This document shows, piece after piece, positions 21,806-36,565 of a stretch of DNA of 64,000 bases. The position numbers and the translations under genes are program-made. The DNA comes from Octopus sinensis (Eukaryota), in NCBI RefSeq assembly GCF_006345805.1, contig NC_043010.1:59706001-59770000 (forward strand). Reading direction: 5' to 3'. The notes below the pieces were generated by a model that had not been told where the DNA came from, made no database searches, and saw only the letters and a program-made list of their open reading frames with translations. How positions within the stretch are numbered: position 1 is the stretch's first letter; each line of letters starts with the position of its first letter.

Positions 21806-24800
21806 ATGTTGTTACACCTGTGTGTTTTACTGACTTTCTTCCACTGTTCCCTAAGTGAAGATATCACATATCATGTTGAAGAAGAGAATAGTCCCTATAC
21901 CTATGTAGGGGACATTGCTACTGACCTACAGAAATCAGACAGCTCCTTCTTAAAGAATAAGGATTTAATTACATTTAGTCAACTGCAACAAAAGGGAGAA
22001 CAGTTGTTCAATGTGACGAGAACAGGTAAACTGTACACTGTTGAGACATTGGATGCTGAGTCTGTGTGTAGTTATGAGAAAGAATGTTTTGAAATCGTTA
22101 AAGTTGCTGTTCACAAATCCAAGACATTTATGAAGATCTTAAAGATTAAAGTCATAATAGAAGACATCAATGACCACCAACCTGAGTTTCCTCAGAAAGA
22201 AATTGATATACATTTCCGAGATGGAGATGGTAAAGGCATGAAAAGACCCATACCTCATGCTATTGACAAAGATATGAGTAATAAAAACAACTTAATTACT
22301 TATGAATTGAAAAATAACAATCAGTATTTCTCTTTATCAGTTTCTAAACAAACAGATGAGATATCAGCATTAGAAATTATTTTAGAAGATAAATTGGACA
22401 GAGAAAAGAAGGACAGCTACAATATTGAAGTCATTGCTAAAGATGGAGGAACTCCACCAAAACAATCTGTTTTAAATGTTAAAATATCTGTAGAAGATGA
22501 AAATGACAACAGACCACAATTTTCCCAAAGCATCTACAATGTCTCCATTGAACATAAACATAAAAAGAATATTCCAGTTGTCACATTATCTGCCAGTGAT
22601 TTAGATATTGGCAGGAATGGTAAAATATCTTTCTATTTTGCCAGAAAAACTAGTGAGAAAGTGAAGAGAAACTTTAATTTAGATGAAAGGACTGGAAAAT
22701 TATATTTAGCTACATCTTCAAAGATTGATACGGATGAATCTTTTAAAATATACATTGAAGCCAGGGATGATGGCACACCTCCTCTCAGTTCCATAGCCAC
22801 TGTTATGGTAAGTGTCATCAACCAACACAACAATCCTCCAAATATTGATGTGAACTTTATTTCTACACAGAATCATAACACAGCCACCATTCTGGAAGAC
22901 ATCAAAGTTGGTAGTTTCATTGCTTATGTGATGGTCACTGACAATGATGTTGGACACAATGGAGAGGTGAACTGTCATATCAAAGATGACACATTCAAAC
23001 TACAGTCAATGGGATCGAAGGAATATAAAATAGTTCTAAAGAAAGCAGTAGACAGAGAGACACAGGAACATTATCACTTTACTGTGTCGTGTGAAGATAA
23101 AGGATTACCTGCTCTGAAAACTGATAAAGATCTGTCAATCCAAGTGTTGGATGTGAATGATGTAGAACCACACTTTACGAAAGACACATTCAAGTTCCTT
23201 ACCTATGAGAATGACAAAGCTAATTTCCCTATTGGCTTTATCAATGCTACAGACCCAGATATTGGTAAGGGAGGTGAATTGTCTTATTCTCTGAGAAATA
23301 AACAGCAATATCGTCTGCCATTCCAGATTATCAACTCTGGCTTTATTTCAACAAACCAGTCTTTAGACAGAGAACACAGAGATTTCTATGAGTTTGAGGT
23401 TTTTGTGAAAGACAATGGAAGCCCATCTCTGAATAACACAGTGAATGTTGAAGTGGAAGTATTGGATAGAAATGATAATGCTCCATATTTTACATTTCCT
23501 GGTGTTGACCCTTTCACTCTTAATGTCCACTATCATCCACAAAGTAAGAACGACATCACAGTTCTGAAAGCATCTGATATAGACAGTCACATGAATGCTT
23601 TTCTCAGGTATGAAATCGTTTCAGGTAACGAGAGACAGTTATTCAAACTGGATTCGTTCACTGGTGTGTTATCTTACTCTCGCACAGTTTACCAAAATGA
23701 TGCCGGATCATATGAGCTTGAGTTTGTTGTGAAAGACAGTGGTACTCCAGTTCTGTCAGCAACAACTAGTGTGTCTTTGACACTGAGTGTTAGTAACAAG
23801 ACGTCACCAATGTTCACAGCTGTGCACCTACCAAGTGATAACACAATAGATGCGACATTGTTGATTATCATTGTAGTAGCAGCTGTGATAGTATCTATAG
23901 CTATTGTGGTTTCTATAACGCTGTGTATTGTGAGATGTAACAATGTGAGAAATAGCTCATCTGAAAGAACAGCAGAAGAGAAACAGGCATACCAATGTCG
24001 CAATGAGATGAGACAGTTGATCTATCAAGGTAACAACAGTGTACCTGTGATGTCGGGTAATCGAGGAGAGATGTCAGACAGATATGGTCATTCGAGGAGC
24101 CATTACTATCCTGAAGACTGGAAGACATCGACAATGAACCGGACACTGCAGAAGTCTACAAAGGTAAGCTTTCCTTTAATTAACGATCTGTTAGTAAATA
24201 ATGTGTAATTATTTATGATTTAGCTCAGTGTTTTATACTTGACAATAATTTTCCTGCCCAGTTTCGTAGAATTGTTTACACTCTAAATATTCTTAAGATA
24301 TAATATGTGTTTTAGGAAATGTCATTTCTGACATGGTGAGGAATTTTAAGTTTTTACTTCCATATTTATGCCATTATTTATATATTTTTTAGGTGTTGTC
24401 TGTAAATTGTAAGATATTTTATCTGAGAAGACATTTACCAGGAAATAAGACATCTTTTTATGCATTACAGTCTGGCATTTGATATTTGTCAATAGGATTG
24501 CATCTGATTTTGTAGAAACTTCTTACTTACAATAATTCAGATATCTTCATAGGCTTTGCTTCTGGAGATTAAAGCTGCCAAATCCAACATTACTCTACAC
24601 ACCCTGACAGTCTAAACTTGCATTATCCTTTCAGAAAAAAGGCTCTTAAAAATCCTGTAGAGTCACTTATAAAACCATTGTTAACAATTGTTTGTGACTT
24701 TAGCTAACTCATATTGTACATAATTCTTGTAGGAAATGAGGAAACATAAGGAGGTAAAAAGTGATGTTTTATTGTTTTGTCAGTGGAGGAATGGCAGTAC

Positions 24801-26550
24801 TTATGCCTTTTCCCAGTGAAGGATTAACAAATCTTAAGAACAGGTTTAAAAAATTTTACTGATTAAATACACATAAAATATTGTCGGTACTATTTTATCA
24901 TAAATATAGAACAAAATAGTCAATACCACCAAGAACCAGTAAATTTTATTATTATTACATATTTTAGTGTCAATCATAAATGTTATGTTTATAGTATGTC
25001 TTGTTGCTATTGTATTTTCCAGCAGAAATACAGTCAACCCATTGAGGTGACATCTTACGGAGACAACAGACCATCCTCTAACTATCCCACTGACACATTG
25101 ACCAGTCGTAAGAGCAGTGGACAGTGCTGGAGTGAGCGGTCAAGTAGACAGTATGAAGAAATACCAGCAATGTCAGGTAGGATAACAATGATTTGAGATT
25201 TTCTATTCATAAATATTCATATTCACATGACGTAGAAGAAATATCTACCAGGGAATTATAAATTTGTGTGGCCTTATTTTCACCTGATTCATGGATGGAT
25301 TAAAACTTATTGTAACAGCTTAGTGAATATTCATCATTTATGAAACTTTACTACTATCTTATTTACTACGGTGACACTAAATATATTAGTGTTCTTTTTA
25401 TTTTCTCTCTGTGCTTATTTCTGTGTTCCTTTCTGTTGAAGAGTGTAGGCCCGAAATGTAAAAGACTTTCTCACTTCCTGAGTATTAAACTAATGCATCT
25501 CTTTGTTGTTTATACACCTGTCTTCGTCTTTTGTGTTTTTTATAAATTCCAACAAAATATTTATCTGATACCTATTTTACTGCCAGTTGAATAAAGAAAG
25601 GGTTATTCATGTTGGTTTTTACACAGTTCAGTCATAGCTTAACAAACTGACCATTCAACAACCTGTAAACAATACTGAACTAAGTCCAACAAATTTGTCT
25701 TTTTCATACAAACATTGACAAATATTTGAAAACATATTATTCAGTTTTATAAGACACAGTTTCCTATTGTCTGTTTAAACCCGGTAGAAAAAAATAGAAC
25801 TCAAAGTACAAATATATGTATGTATTTATGTATATATTATATTATATTATATTATATTTATAGTTGTCAGAAGTTGCAGAGCGGCCCAAGGGACGAGAGT
25901 TTCTTATCAGGTATCATGTTGAAAACTCCCAGCCTTTGAAACACTTTGTAACTTCTGATACTAAAAAGTAAAGAATTATCTCCATTCACTTAATACTTAT
26001 GTAATTTAATGATAACTGAATGAAATCTTAATTAGTTTTGGGTCAGTAAGTAAACATATAGCACGTGTGAGAGAGCATTTAGTCTTAATAACAACCCATT
26101 ATTGTTACCATGGTAGGAAAGTTGAACAATATGTAAACCAAAGGACTGCTCAGTATAGACTGATTTTTATTTAACCATTCCAGTCTAAGGCATTATCTTA
26201 ATATTAATCGTATGATTGGGGTTTGTAATGTTCTGTGATGTTGTAAGATACTGAGACATGATTTCAATGTGACATCTTTAATTATAATTGAATAATTATT
26301 GATGTTGTTCTTTATTTTAGTCCATTGAATGTTGTGGACAAAACATTGATTACTAACGACAGTAAAAATACCCATTGACCGTATGAACTGTGTAATGAGT
26401 TTACTTGATGTATGTATGTGTGTTTCAGGAATCTATGGTGGTGCCCCACCCGATGTATCAAGCACCAGTGAGAGAGACCATTACCAAGACAGATATGTGA
26501 AACCTCCAGAGAGACAGTTACCTTCAACACCAGATGTTGTTGTCAGTTAA
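21806..26550 (+). CDS. PCDH: Protocadherin G3, join(21806..24163,25023..25176,26429..26550), 877 aa
   Basis: Intact ORF and canonical GT-AG sites homologous to G1; exon-2 acceptor tttcag|21750; 5' exon donor after 19637. Confidence 0.93.
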
Positions 26551-26989
26551 GTGAGGTTGAGAGAGGAACACAACAGAAATAATATCACCTTCAACATTCA
26601 CACAACATTTAAAAGCAACACAAATATTTTAGTTAGATAATAATATTGCCCACATATGACTGAATATCTTCAAATATGTTTGAGAGAATATATTTTGTGT
26701 ATATCTTGGGAATATTACTCCAGATGAACTAGACACTAACAATTACAGATATCAAGAATCCATTGGTAACATTGTATAGTTAAATGAACAATCATTAAGT
26801 GAAATATTGTGCAGAAGTAGACATTATGCCTGGGGAAATTCAATTTATACTTGAAAATGTGATTTTAATTATAACAAAAAAATAAACAATGGATAAGTAA
26901 TTAATATTTCAGAGAAATATTCTGTTTAGTTGATATATCTCTTTAAATTTCCCATAGATATCCTTATATGAGACTTTGTTTTGAATTAG

Positions 26990-27491
26990 GTCAGACACCC
27001 ACAAACTATTATTGTCAATATTGTATTTACATTTTAAATTACACAAACATTAACAACATCAGCCATATTTGTTAATATAACCTCTCTGTTCTAAGGATTT
27101 CTATGTCAGTCTCTCTCCACATCAGACATGTTGGTGTTATATAGACTTATCATGGCTGACTGTTAGTGGAGCTGATAGTGTGTGTTCTCTCACTACTCTG
27201 TCTTTGTGTGTGAGAGGCAACATCAAGTCTGAGAGAGGCTGTAGTAAGCATCACCCATCCTACTCCTCCTCCTCCCTTTCACACACTCACACACACACAC
27301 TAAACACCACACATCCACAAAGGAAGACTGAGAGGGAACTGCTGGTTCCCACTGACTCACCACCAACACTATTCCATCAACATGAAGCCATTGTCACACC
27401 ATAGCAGCAGTGACACAGACAACCATTAACAACAGAACATTGGGACCAAGTCACAGTTTATACAACAAAGGATTTTACACACAATGAAGGT
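26990..27491 (+). promoter_or_regulatory. Conserved promoter / exon-1 cassette of G4
   Basis: Copy of the cassette; uORF1 ATG at 27382; ATGAAG|gt at 27484..27491. Confidence 0.75.
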
Positions 27492-28319
27492 AAGTTTGTT
27501 ATTCCATATTATTTATTCAAATTATGTGAAATAATGATTTCATTTATAACTGTATTCTGACACCAAAATGTTATATTGTAATGGTGGCCATATTAGATCT
27601 GGTTGAGGCTTCGTTTGTCTTTTGTATTTATTGATAATTAAAGAAATTGAAAGCTTGTGCAGAATATAATTTGAATAATTTACCCCAAACTGGATATTTT
27701 AAAACTTTGTTGAGAATTCTGGATATATTTTATGGCAGTTCTTTTATTTCTGATTTCCTTGCAAATAATTACTACCTTCCTGTTTGAGTGGTGTCTGTTT
27801 TGTAATGTGTTTCAAATAAATCATTTAGTCTTTGGTCAGTGAAGTTTATTCAACAATTACTTAAAGAAACTTCACATTTCAGAATATAAATGCTAGAAAT
27901 AATTATGTTATCCACAAAAATAGATACAATTTTTTAGAGGTTTCTTGTTTCATATTTATTTGTCTATAAGTGGTAGCAAAAGCAAAAGATTTTAAAATTT
28001 GCAAGAAAACTGATAACAAAATTCTTTAAAACAGAAGCACCCTGCAGTATTTGTTTGTCTTGAACTTCACAGATGCTCCCTCTTATGTACATTCTGATTT
28101 AAAACATAATTTACAAACACCATCCATCTTGAATATATTATGTCTGTTAACTAACTGGTTTCTCCCTTTAAAAGCATCTTTAAAGCCTAATATATCTGTG
28201 TTTAAGATATATTTGGGACTAGTCTGAGAGTTAAAAGCTTTCCTCTTGTGATAGATTTTAATAGCGATTAAGTAATTCACAATAATTTTGGGAATCTTTC
28301 TTGGTTATTCAGCTGCTTT

Positions 28320-28870
28320 TCAGCTGCCAGTCAACGAGGCACACAATGGCAGTCTTGTATTTAATATTGACAATGAATTGAAATGTTTTGAAGCAGACCA
28401 AGCTGAACAGTATGAGGGCACAATGTCTCATGTTGTTGCTGTTGTGGTTCTCTTTTGCACCTGACTAATTGTCAGACATAACACCAACATCATTTGCCTC
28501 GTTACAGTCATGCTGTCTAGGGATTTGAGTGCAAATTCTGATTGTAAAGGGGACACCTGCTGATAAGTTGAAAGCATGTCTGAAGGCATCCTGTGATATG
28601 AGAAGAGATAAAAGACTTCTTCTTTCTACCAACTTGGGAGTTGCACTTAATAGAGATGTCCAAGTAACCCAGTGCTCCAAGGTTTTCCTTCAACTGGGTT
28701 TCCCTGTGATGCTGTCATATTTTTGAGGCCATCATCAGGTCTCAAGGACTGTCCCTCAGGGTTGCTACACTCTAACTTACAGGTCCACATTTGTCTCATG
28801 ATCAGCTGTATATTGCATGTTGATGTGGTAGGTCAGAGACTTTTTTTTTTACCTTCAGATCACCAAACCA
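28320..28870 (+). mobile_element. Degenerate Helitron RepHel Pif1-helicase fragment in G4 intron 1 (internally deleted)
   Basis: KGTPADKLKACLKAS..STNLGVALNRD..SKVFLQLG matches Helitron helicase RGTPADELNACLKxS..NMRVxL..FSxxLLxIG; lacks about 515 bp present in the G6 copy. Confidence 0.75.
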
Positions 28871-29507
28871 TGAAACAATTAAATTTTCTCTACTCCACAG
28901 CTCATACTGAATAAGAAAAATTACTGTGAAAATTACTATTAAAATGTGTTATGTATCAATTCAAAATTAGATTAAGTAAAACATATCCTTAATAGTATTG
29001 ATCATCATCATCAGCATCAAGTAGATCTTGCTTGGATTATCGATACTTTGATTATCAATTGTCAACAGTCTCAGAAGCTTCATACCTCGTAGAAACCTGA
29101 GATAAATGCAAATACATGTCTGAAGTTGAATTTTTCTCGGGTTTCTATATGTAAAGCTTCAGTGAAAAACCTGTAATCTAAAGTTATATATTTTCTATAA
29201 TTACCATTCACTAATACAATACCAATTAATATTCAAATGACATCCATTGTATTTTTATTACCTATTATCTGTTCTATGTATTTAATAAATTATCGTAGTA
29301 AAAAAGTCATTACATTGACAATATATTCCGTTTGAATGGCATAGGCTTATTTTAGTTATGCACAGACTTAATTTGTTTAAAAGATATTTATGCATTGAAG
29401 TAAATTGAAAGAAGCCAAAATTGCTCATTTAGACAAAATGTTTTCTGTTTCAGATCGAATTTTTAAAGCTATCCTTTCTTTGGATTCTGTATTAACACCA
29501 AAACAAG

Positions 29508-32500
29508 ATGCTGCTGTTTCTGTGTGTTATACTTACTTCCTTCCATTGTTATCTAAGTGAAGATATCACATACCACGTTGAAGAAGAGAATAGCCCCTAT
29601 ACCTATATAGGGGACATTGCTACCGACTTACAGAAATCGGACAGCTCCTTCTTAAAGAATAAGGATTTAATTACATTTAGTCAACTGCAACAAAAGGGAG
29701 AACAGTTGTTCAATGTGACGAGAACAGGTAAACTGTACACTGTTGAGACATTGGATGCTGAGTCTGTGTGTAGTTATGAGAAAGAATGTTTTGAAATCGT
29801 TAAAGTTGCTGTTCACAAATCCAAGACATTTATGAAGATCTTAAAGATTAAAGTCATAATAGAAGACATCAATGACCACCAACCTGAGTTTCCTGAGAAG
29901 GACATTACACTGATCTTTGGCGAAGGAGACAGAGATGGTATGAAGAAACCCATTCCTCATGCCATTGATAAAGATATGAGCCATGAAAACAACTTAATTA
30001 CTTATGAATTAAAAAAAGATAATGGACATTTTTCTTTATCAGTTTCAAAAGAAACAGATGAGATATCAGCATTAGGAATTATTTTAGAAGAGAAATTAGA
30101 CAGAGAAAAGAAGGACAGTTACAATATTGAAGTTATTGCTAAAGATGGGGGAACTCCACCAAAACAATCTGTTTTAGATGTTAAAATATCTGTGGAAGAT
30201 GAAAATGATAATAAACCACAATTTTCCCAACGAGTCTACAATATCTCTATAGAACATAAACATAAAAAGAATATTCCAGTAGTCACATTATCTGCCAGTG
30301 ATTTAGATATTGGCAGGAATGGTAAAATATCATATTATTTTGCAAGGAAAACTACTGAGAAAGTGAAGAGACATTTTAATTTAGATGAAAATACTGGGAA
30401 ATTATATTTAGCTACATCTTCAAATATTGATATGGACGAATCTTTTAAAATATACATTGAAGCCAGAGATGGGGGCAACCCTCCTCTCAGTTCCATAGCC
30501 ACTGTTATGGTAAATGTCATCAACCAACATAATAATCCCCCAAATATTGATGTGAACTTTATTTCTACACAAAATCACAACACAGCCACCATTCTGGAAG
30601 ACATCAAAGTTGGTAGTTTCATTGCTTATGTGATGGTCACTGACAACGATGTTGGACACAATGGACAGGTGAACTGTCATATCAAAGACGACACATTCAA
30701 ACTACAGTCAATGGGATCGAAGGAATATAAAATAGTTCTAAAGAAAGCAGTAGACAGAGAGACACAGGAACATTATCACTTTACTGTGTCGTGTGAAGAT
30801 AAAGGATTACCTGCTCTGAAAACTGATAAAGATCTGTCAATCCAAGTGATGGATGTGAATGATGTAGAACCACACTTTACGAAAGACACATTCAAGTTCC
30901 TTACCTATGAGAATGACAAAGCTAATTTCCCTATTGGCTTTATCAATGCTACAGACCCAGATATTGGTAAGGGAGGTGAATTGTCTTATTCTCTGAGAAA
31001 TAAACAGCAATATCGTCTGCCATTCCAGATTATCAACTCTGGCTTTATTTCAACAAACCAGTCTTTAGACAGAGAACACAGAGATTTCTATGAGTTTGAG
31101 GTTTTTGTGAAAGACAATGGAAGCCCATCTCTGAATAACACAGTGAATGTTGAAGTGGAAGTATTGGATAGAAATGATAATGCTCCATATTTTACATTTC
31201 CTGGTGTTGACCCTTTCACTCTTAATGTCCACTATCATCCGCAAAGTAAGAATGACATCACAGTTCTGAAAGCATCTGATATAGACAGTCACATGAATGC
31301 TTTTCTCAGGTATGAAATCGTTTCAGGTAACGAGAGACAGTTATTTAAACTGGATTCGTTCACTGGTGTGTTATCTTACTCTCGCACAGTTTACCAAAAT
31401 GATGCCGGATCATATGAGCTTGAGTTTGTTGTGAAAGACAGTGGTACTCCAGTTCTGTCAGCAACAACTAGTGTGTCTTTGACACTGACTGTTAGTAACA
31501 AGACGTCACCAATGTTCACAGCTGTGCACCTACCAAGTGATAACACAATAGATGCGACATTGTTGATTATCATTGTAGTAGCAGCTGTGATAGTATCTAT
31601 AGCTATTGTGGTTTCTATAACCCTGTGTATTGTGAGATGTAACAATGTGAGAAATAGCTCATCTGAAAGAACAGCAGAAGAGAAACAGGCATACCAATGT
31701 CGCAATGAGATGAGACAGTTGATCTATCAAGGTAACAACAGTGTACCTGTGATGTCAGGTAATCGAGGAGAGATGTCAGACAGATATGGTCATTCGAGGA
31801 GCCATTACTATCCTGAAGACTGGAAGACATCGACGATGAGCAGAAGTCTTCAAAAGTCTACAAAGGTAAGCTTTACTTCAGTTTAAAATCTCTTAGTAAA
31901 TAATGTGTAATTAAGAATTATTTAGCAAAATGTTTTATTTTTGACATTACATATCACTTGTCATATTTTAAAGTATTGTTTATCTTCAGAATGTTCAAAT
32001 TATATATTATATATTGTTCAGGGAATTCAATTCCTGATATGATTTTGAATATTTATTTATTCATTTGTTAGTTTTATGTCTTTATTACCTCTGCCAAGGA
32101 AGGAGGTTATGTTTTCATTGTCGCCGGTTTGTCCGTCTGTGTGCAAAATAACTCAAAAAGTTGTGAACTGAATTTGATGAAACTTGCAGGAAAAGTAGGT
32201 AATGACGCAAGGAACAGATGATTAAATTTTGGTAGTGATCCAGGAATTTTGTGGATTCTTGAAGGATTTTTCATTTGTTATATTTACTTTACATGAAGTA
32301 TTACAATGTTACGTTCCTTGCTTATCTCCCTTGAAAACACATCGTTTCCACGTAACCTGTGGTGGGCTTGCTGTTTAGAGACAGTGTTGATGATGACGAT
32401 GGTTGAGATAAGTATGGGGGGAGGATAAAATAGTATTGGTGGTTATAATGGCGACAAGAGCAGTGTGATGCTGAGGTGATGGTGGTAATAGTGGTGTTGA

Positions 32501-35500
32501 TGATAGTGTTAGTTGTGTGATGGTGGCGGTATTGTAGTGGTTATACTGGTTGTGGTGGTGAAAGTGACTGTCAAGGTAACCGTCATGATAACATTGATGG
32601 CGATGTCTGTGGTTGAAGTGGAAGCAGTGACAATGATGCTGATGTTGATGTGAACTGCTTCAGATGATTCCTGTTTTTAAAGGGTTTTTTTTCTTAAAAT
32701 CATTTGGCTGTGTTATCTTTTTTTTTACCCCTGCCAAGGAGGTTATGTTTTTGCCGCCGTTGGTTTGAGAAATTGGGCGATTTTTCAGGATGCGTGTGTA
32801 TGGGTGGAAATGAGCTGCTTGGCAGAGGTCTGTGCTCTCCGAGTGCTTTTCTAGTTTTGATTAGTTTTCTGTTTGTCATAAAATATTTTATGGCAACTGA
32901 AAACCTGAGAAGACATTTACCAGGATAATTAGACATCTTTGTATACTTTACAGTCTGGCATTTTTAATATTTGTCAATAGGATTGCATCTGATTTTGTGG
33001 AAACTTCTAAGTTACAACAATTCAAATATCTTTGTAGGCTGTGCTTCTGGCTGCCAAATCATATATATATCAAATAGAATATGATGGAAAGTAATGAAGT
33101 TTAAGTGGTTTTTATTGTTTTGTCTGTTGTAGAATGGTAGTCCTTTGCACTTTCCCAGTGAAGAATTAACAAATCTTAATAACAGATTTCAGAAATTTAC
33201 CTAATTAAATACATATAAAATATTTAACTGATTAAGTACACATAAAATACCTGATCATAAATATAAAACAAAACTATTAATACCACCAAAAACCAGTAAA
33301 TTTTATTATTATTACATATTTTAGTGTCAATCATGAATGTTATGTTTATAGTATGTGTTGTTACTATTGTATTTTACAGCAGAAATACAGTCAACCCATT
33401 GAGGTGACATCTTATGGAGACAACAGACCATCTTCTCACTATCCCACTGATACACTGACCAGTCGTAAGAGCAGTGGACAGTGCTGGAGTGAGCGGTCAA
33501 GCAGACAGTATGAAGAAATACCAGCAATGTCAGGTAGGATAAAAATGATTTGCCATTTCCTGTACTGTAAGGATCTGTTCTTGGTCCCCTTTTTGTTGCA
33601 TAGATTTATAACATAGATGCCAACTTAAATGATACCAGAAATAAAAAGGACAGATCCTGAGCACTATAGATCTTTTCTGCAATCAGACAAGGACACAATG
33701 CAGCAATGGATTATGAACTAGCAACTCAAACTGGCTGTGGACAAGTGTCCACCTTGCATTTTGGGAGGAAAAACCCAGCATCCTTATACCCTCTCCACAA
33801 TACTAATTTGAAGAAGTCTTCTTGTGAATCTGATCTGGGCATTACTGTCAGCAGCTATTTGCACTGGACAAAACAAAATAGTCAAGGAGGCCGAGTGTTT
33901 CTTGACGTCATTCAGCAAGACCTTTTTCAGCTGCTCTCCACCTATCTATTTTAAGCTGTATATAGCTATGGTGTGGCCCCATTTGGAATTTGCATCACTA
34001 GTCTGGAACCCCTATCTTGCTCAGGACACTGACCGACTGGAAACTGTTTAGAGATGTACAACCAAGCAAATACCTTCCATCAGGCTTCTACCATACTCTG
34101 AATGCCTTGCTTTCCTGGGCATGGATACATTGAAGCTCTGACGTCTGGCAACTGACTTGGTAAACACCCACAAAATTATTAACCATAGTGCCAACCACCA
34201 CCTTGAGCACCTTTTTGAGCTCCATGTGGTTATGTCATGTCTACAAAGTCAGAAAACAGCACAGCTCCCATGACTTTTGGAAGCATTTTTTCACACTTAG
34301 AATTGCTGAAGCATGGAACAAACTACCTGCATCATATGTTAGTTGCTGAGACATTGCATCCTTTAAAACCTCCATGCTTCCTGAAATTCACCAACACTAC
34401 ACCTGATATCCCCACTCCATACGCATGCACACATGTATATCATGACTCATATGCTGTTCCCTTTCCTGACTTTTGTACATAATTCTATGTGATGTACATG
34501 TACCTTTGATGAGTTGCAGTGCACCTGAACACTATACACAATAATTTCATTATTATTATTATAAATATTCATATTCACACGAAGAAGAAATATCTACCTG
34601 GGAAATGTAAACTTGAGTAGCTTCATCTTCACCAGAATCATGGGAGGATTAGAACTTACTGTGACAACTAAGAGAATATTCATCAAATAGGCATCCATTT
34701 TAGTTCCTTACTTTATGTAGTGGCACTTAATCTCAATCTGATACCTGTTTACAGCTGATCAGATTAAGGAAGGGTTATTCATCTTGGTTATGGCTGTTCA
34801 GATTTGATTACAGATTGTTGAATGGTCAGTTTGTCGAGCTATGGCTAAACTAAGCCTACAAAATTTGTCTTTTCCTTACCAACATTAACAGCTGTTTCGA
34901 AACATATACCATTCTGTTTTATGAGACAGTTTCATATTGACTTTTTAAGCTTGGTAGAAGAAAGAGAATAAATAGAATTCAAAACATTTACTTATCAAGT
35001 GTCATACACAAAATCCTTATCTTCTGGATCACATTGAAACATCTGCTGATATAAAAAAAAAAAGAAATGTGTCTATTGACTTATAACTTATGTAATTTAA
35101 TGGTAGTTGAATGAAACCTTAATTAGTTTTGGGTCAGTAAGTAAACATATAGCACATGTGAGAGTGCATTTAGTCTTAATGACAACCCAGTATTGTTACC
35201 ATGGTAGGAAAGTTGAACAATATGTAAACCAAAGGACTGCTCAGTATAGACTGCTTTTTAGTTAACCATTCCAGTCTAAGGCATTATCTTAATAATAATC
35301 GTATGATTGGGGTTTGTAATGTTCTGTGATGTTGTAGGATACTGAGACACGATTTCAATGTGACATCTTTAATTATTGATGTTGTTCTTCATTTTAGTCC
35401 ATTGAATGTTGTGGACAAAACATTGATTACTAACGACAGTAAATACCCATTGACCATATGAACTGTGTAATGAGTTTACTTGATGTATGTGTGTGTGTTT

Positions 35501-35625
35501 CAGGAATCTATGGTGGTGCCCCACCTGATGTATCAAGCACCAGTGAGAGAGACCATTACCAAGACAGATATGTGAAACCTCCAGAGAGACAGTTACCTTC
35601 AACACCAGATGTTGTTGTCAGTTAA
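29508..35625 (+). CDS. PCDH: Protocadherin G4, join(29508..31865,33380..33533,35504..35625), 877 aa
   Basis: Intact ORF and homologous splice sites; exon-2 acceptor tttcag|29454; 5' exon donor after 27489. Confidence 0.93.
32083..32852 (+). mobile_element. Helentron-associated (HINE-like) element(s) in G4 intron 2
   Basis: Subterminal inverted repeat acctctgccaag / cttggcagaggt, gtttgtccgtctgt tract, 3' tgctctccgagtgcttttctag; a second 5' end (ctgccaaggaggttatg) at about 32730 suggests nesting; degenerate GGT/GAT tract inside. Absent from the homologous introns of G3 and G6. Confidence 0.65.
33570..34560 (+). mobile_element. 5'-truncated CR1/L2-type LINE in G4 intron 3
   Basis: HFGRKN..SDLGITVS..KLYIAMVWPHLEFASLVWNPYLAQDTDRLETV is a typical post-RT C-terminal motif (LYxxLVRPHLEYxxxVWxPY); (ATT)n tail; the flanks rejoin as the uninterrupted intron seen in G3 and G6. 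Confidence 0.8.
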
Positions 35626-36064
35626 GTGAGACTGAGAAAGGAACACAACAGAAATAATATCACCTTCAACATTCACACAACATTTAAAAACAACAGAAAT
35701 ATTTTAGTTAGATAATAATATTGCCCACATATGATTGAATATCTTCAAATATGTTTGAGAGAATATATTTTGTGTATATCTTGGGAATATTACTCCAGAT
35801 AAACAAGAAACTAACAGCTTCAGATATCAAGAATCCATTGGTAACAATTCATAGTTAAGTGAACAAACTTTAAGTGAAATATTGTGCAGAAGTAGACATT
35901 ATGCCTGGGAAATTCAATTTATACTTGAAAATGTGATTTAAATTATAACGAAAAAATAAATAAATGATAAGTAATTAATATTTCAGAGGATATATTGTAA
36001 TAAGTTGATATATCTCTTTAAATTTCCCATAGATATCCTTATATGAGACTTAGATTTGAATTAG

Positions 36065-36565
36065 GTCAGACACTCACAAACTGTTATTGTCAATATTGTA
36101 TTTACATTTTAAATTACACACACATTAACAACATCAGCCATATTTTGTTAATATAACCTCTCTGTTCTAAGGATTTCTATGTCAGTCTCTCTCCACATCA
36201 GACATGTTGGTGTTATATAGACTTATCATGGCTGACTGTTAGTGGAGCAGATAGTGTGTGTTCTCTCACTACTCTGTCTTTGTGTGTGAGAGGCAACATC
36301 TAGTCTGAGAGAGGCTGTAGTAAGCATCACCCATCCTACTCCTCCTCCTCCCTTTCACACACTCACACACACACACTAAACACCACACATCCACAAAGGA
36401 AGACTGAGAGGGAACTGCTGGTTCCCACTGACTCACCACCAACACTATTCCATCAACATGAAGCCATTGTCACACCATAGCAGCAGTGACACAGACAACC
36501 ATTAACAACAGAACATTGGGACCAAGTCACAGTTTATACAACAAAGGATTTTACACAATGAAGGT
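36065..36565 (+). promoter_or_regulatory. Conserved promoter / exon-1 cassette of G5
   Basis: Copy of the cassette; uORF1 ATG at 36458; ATGAAG|gt at 36558..36565. Confidence 0.75.
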
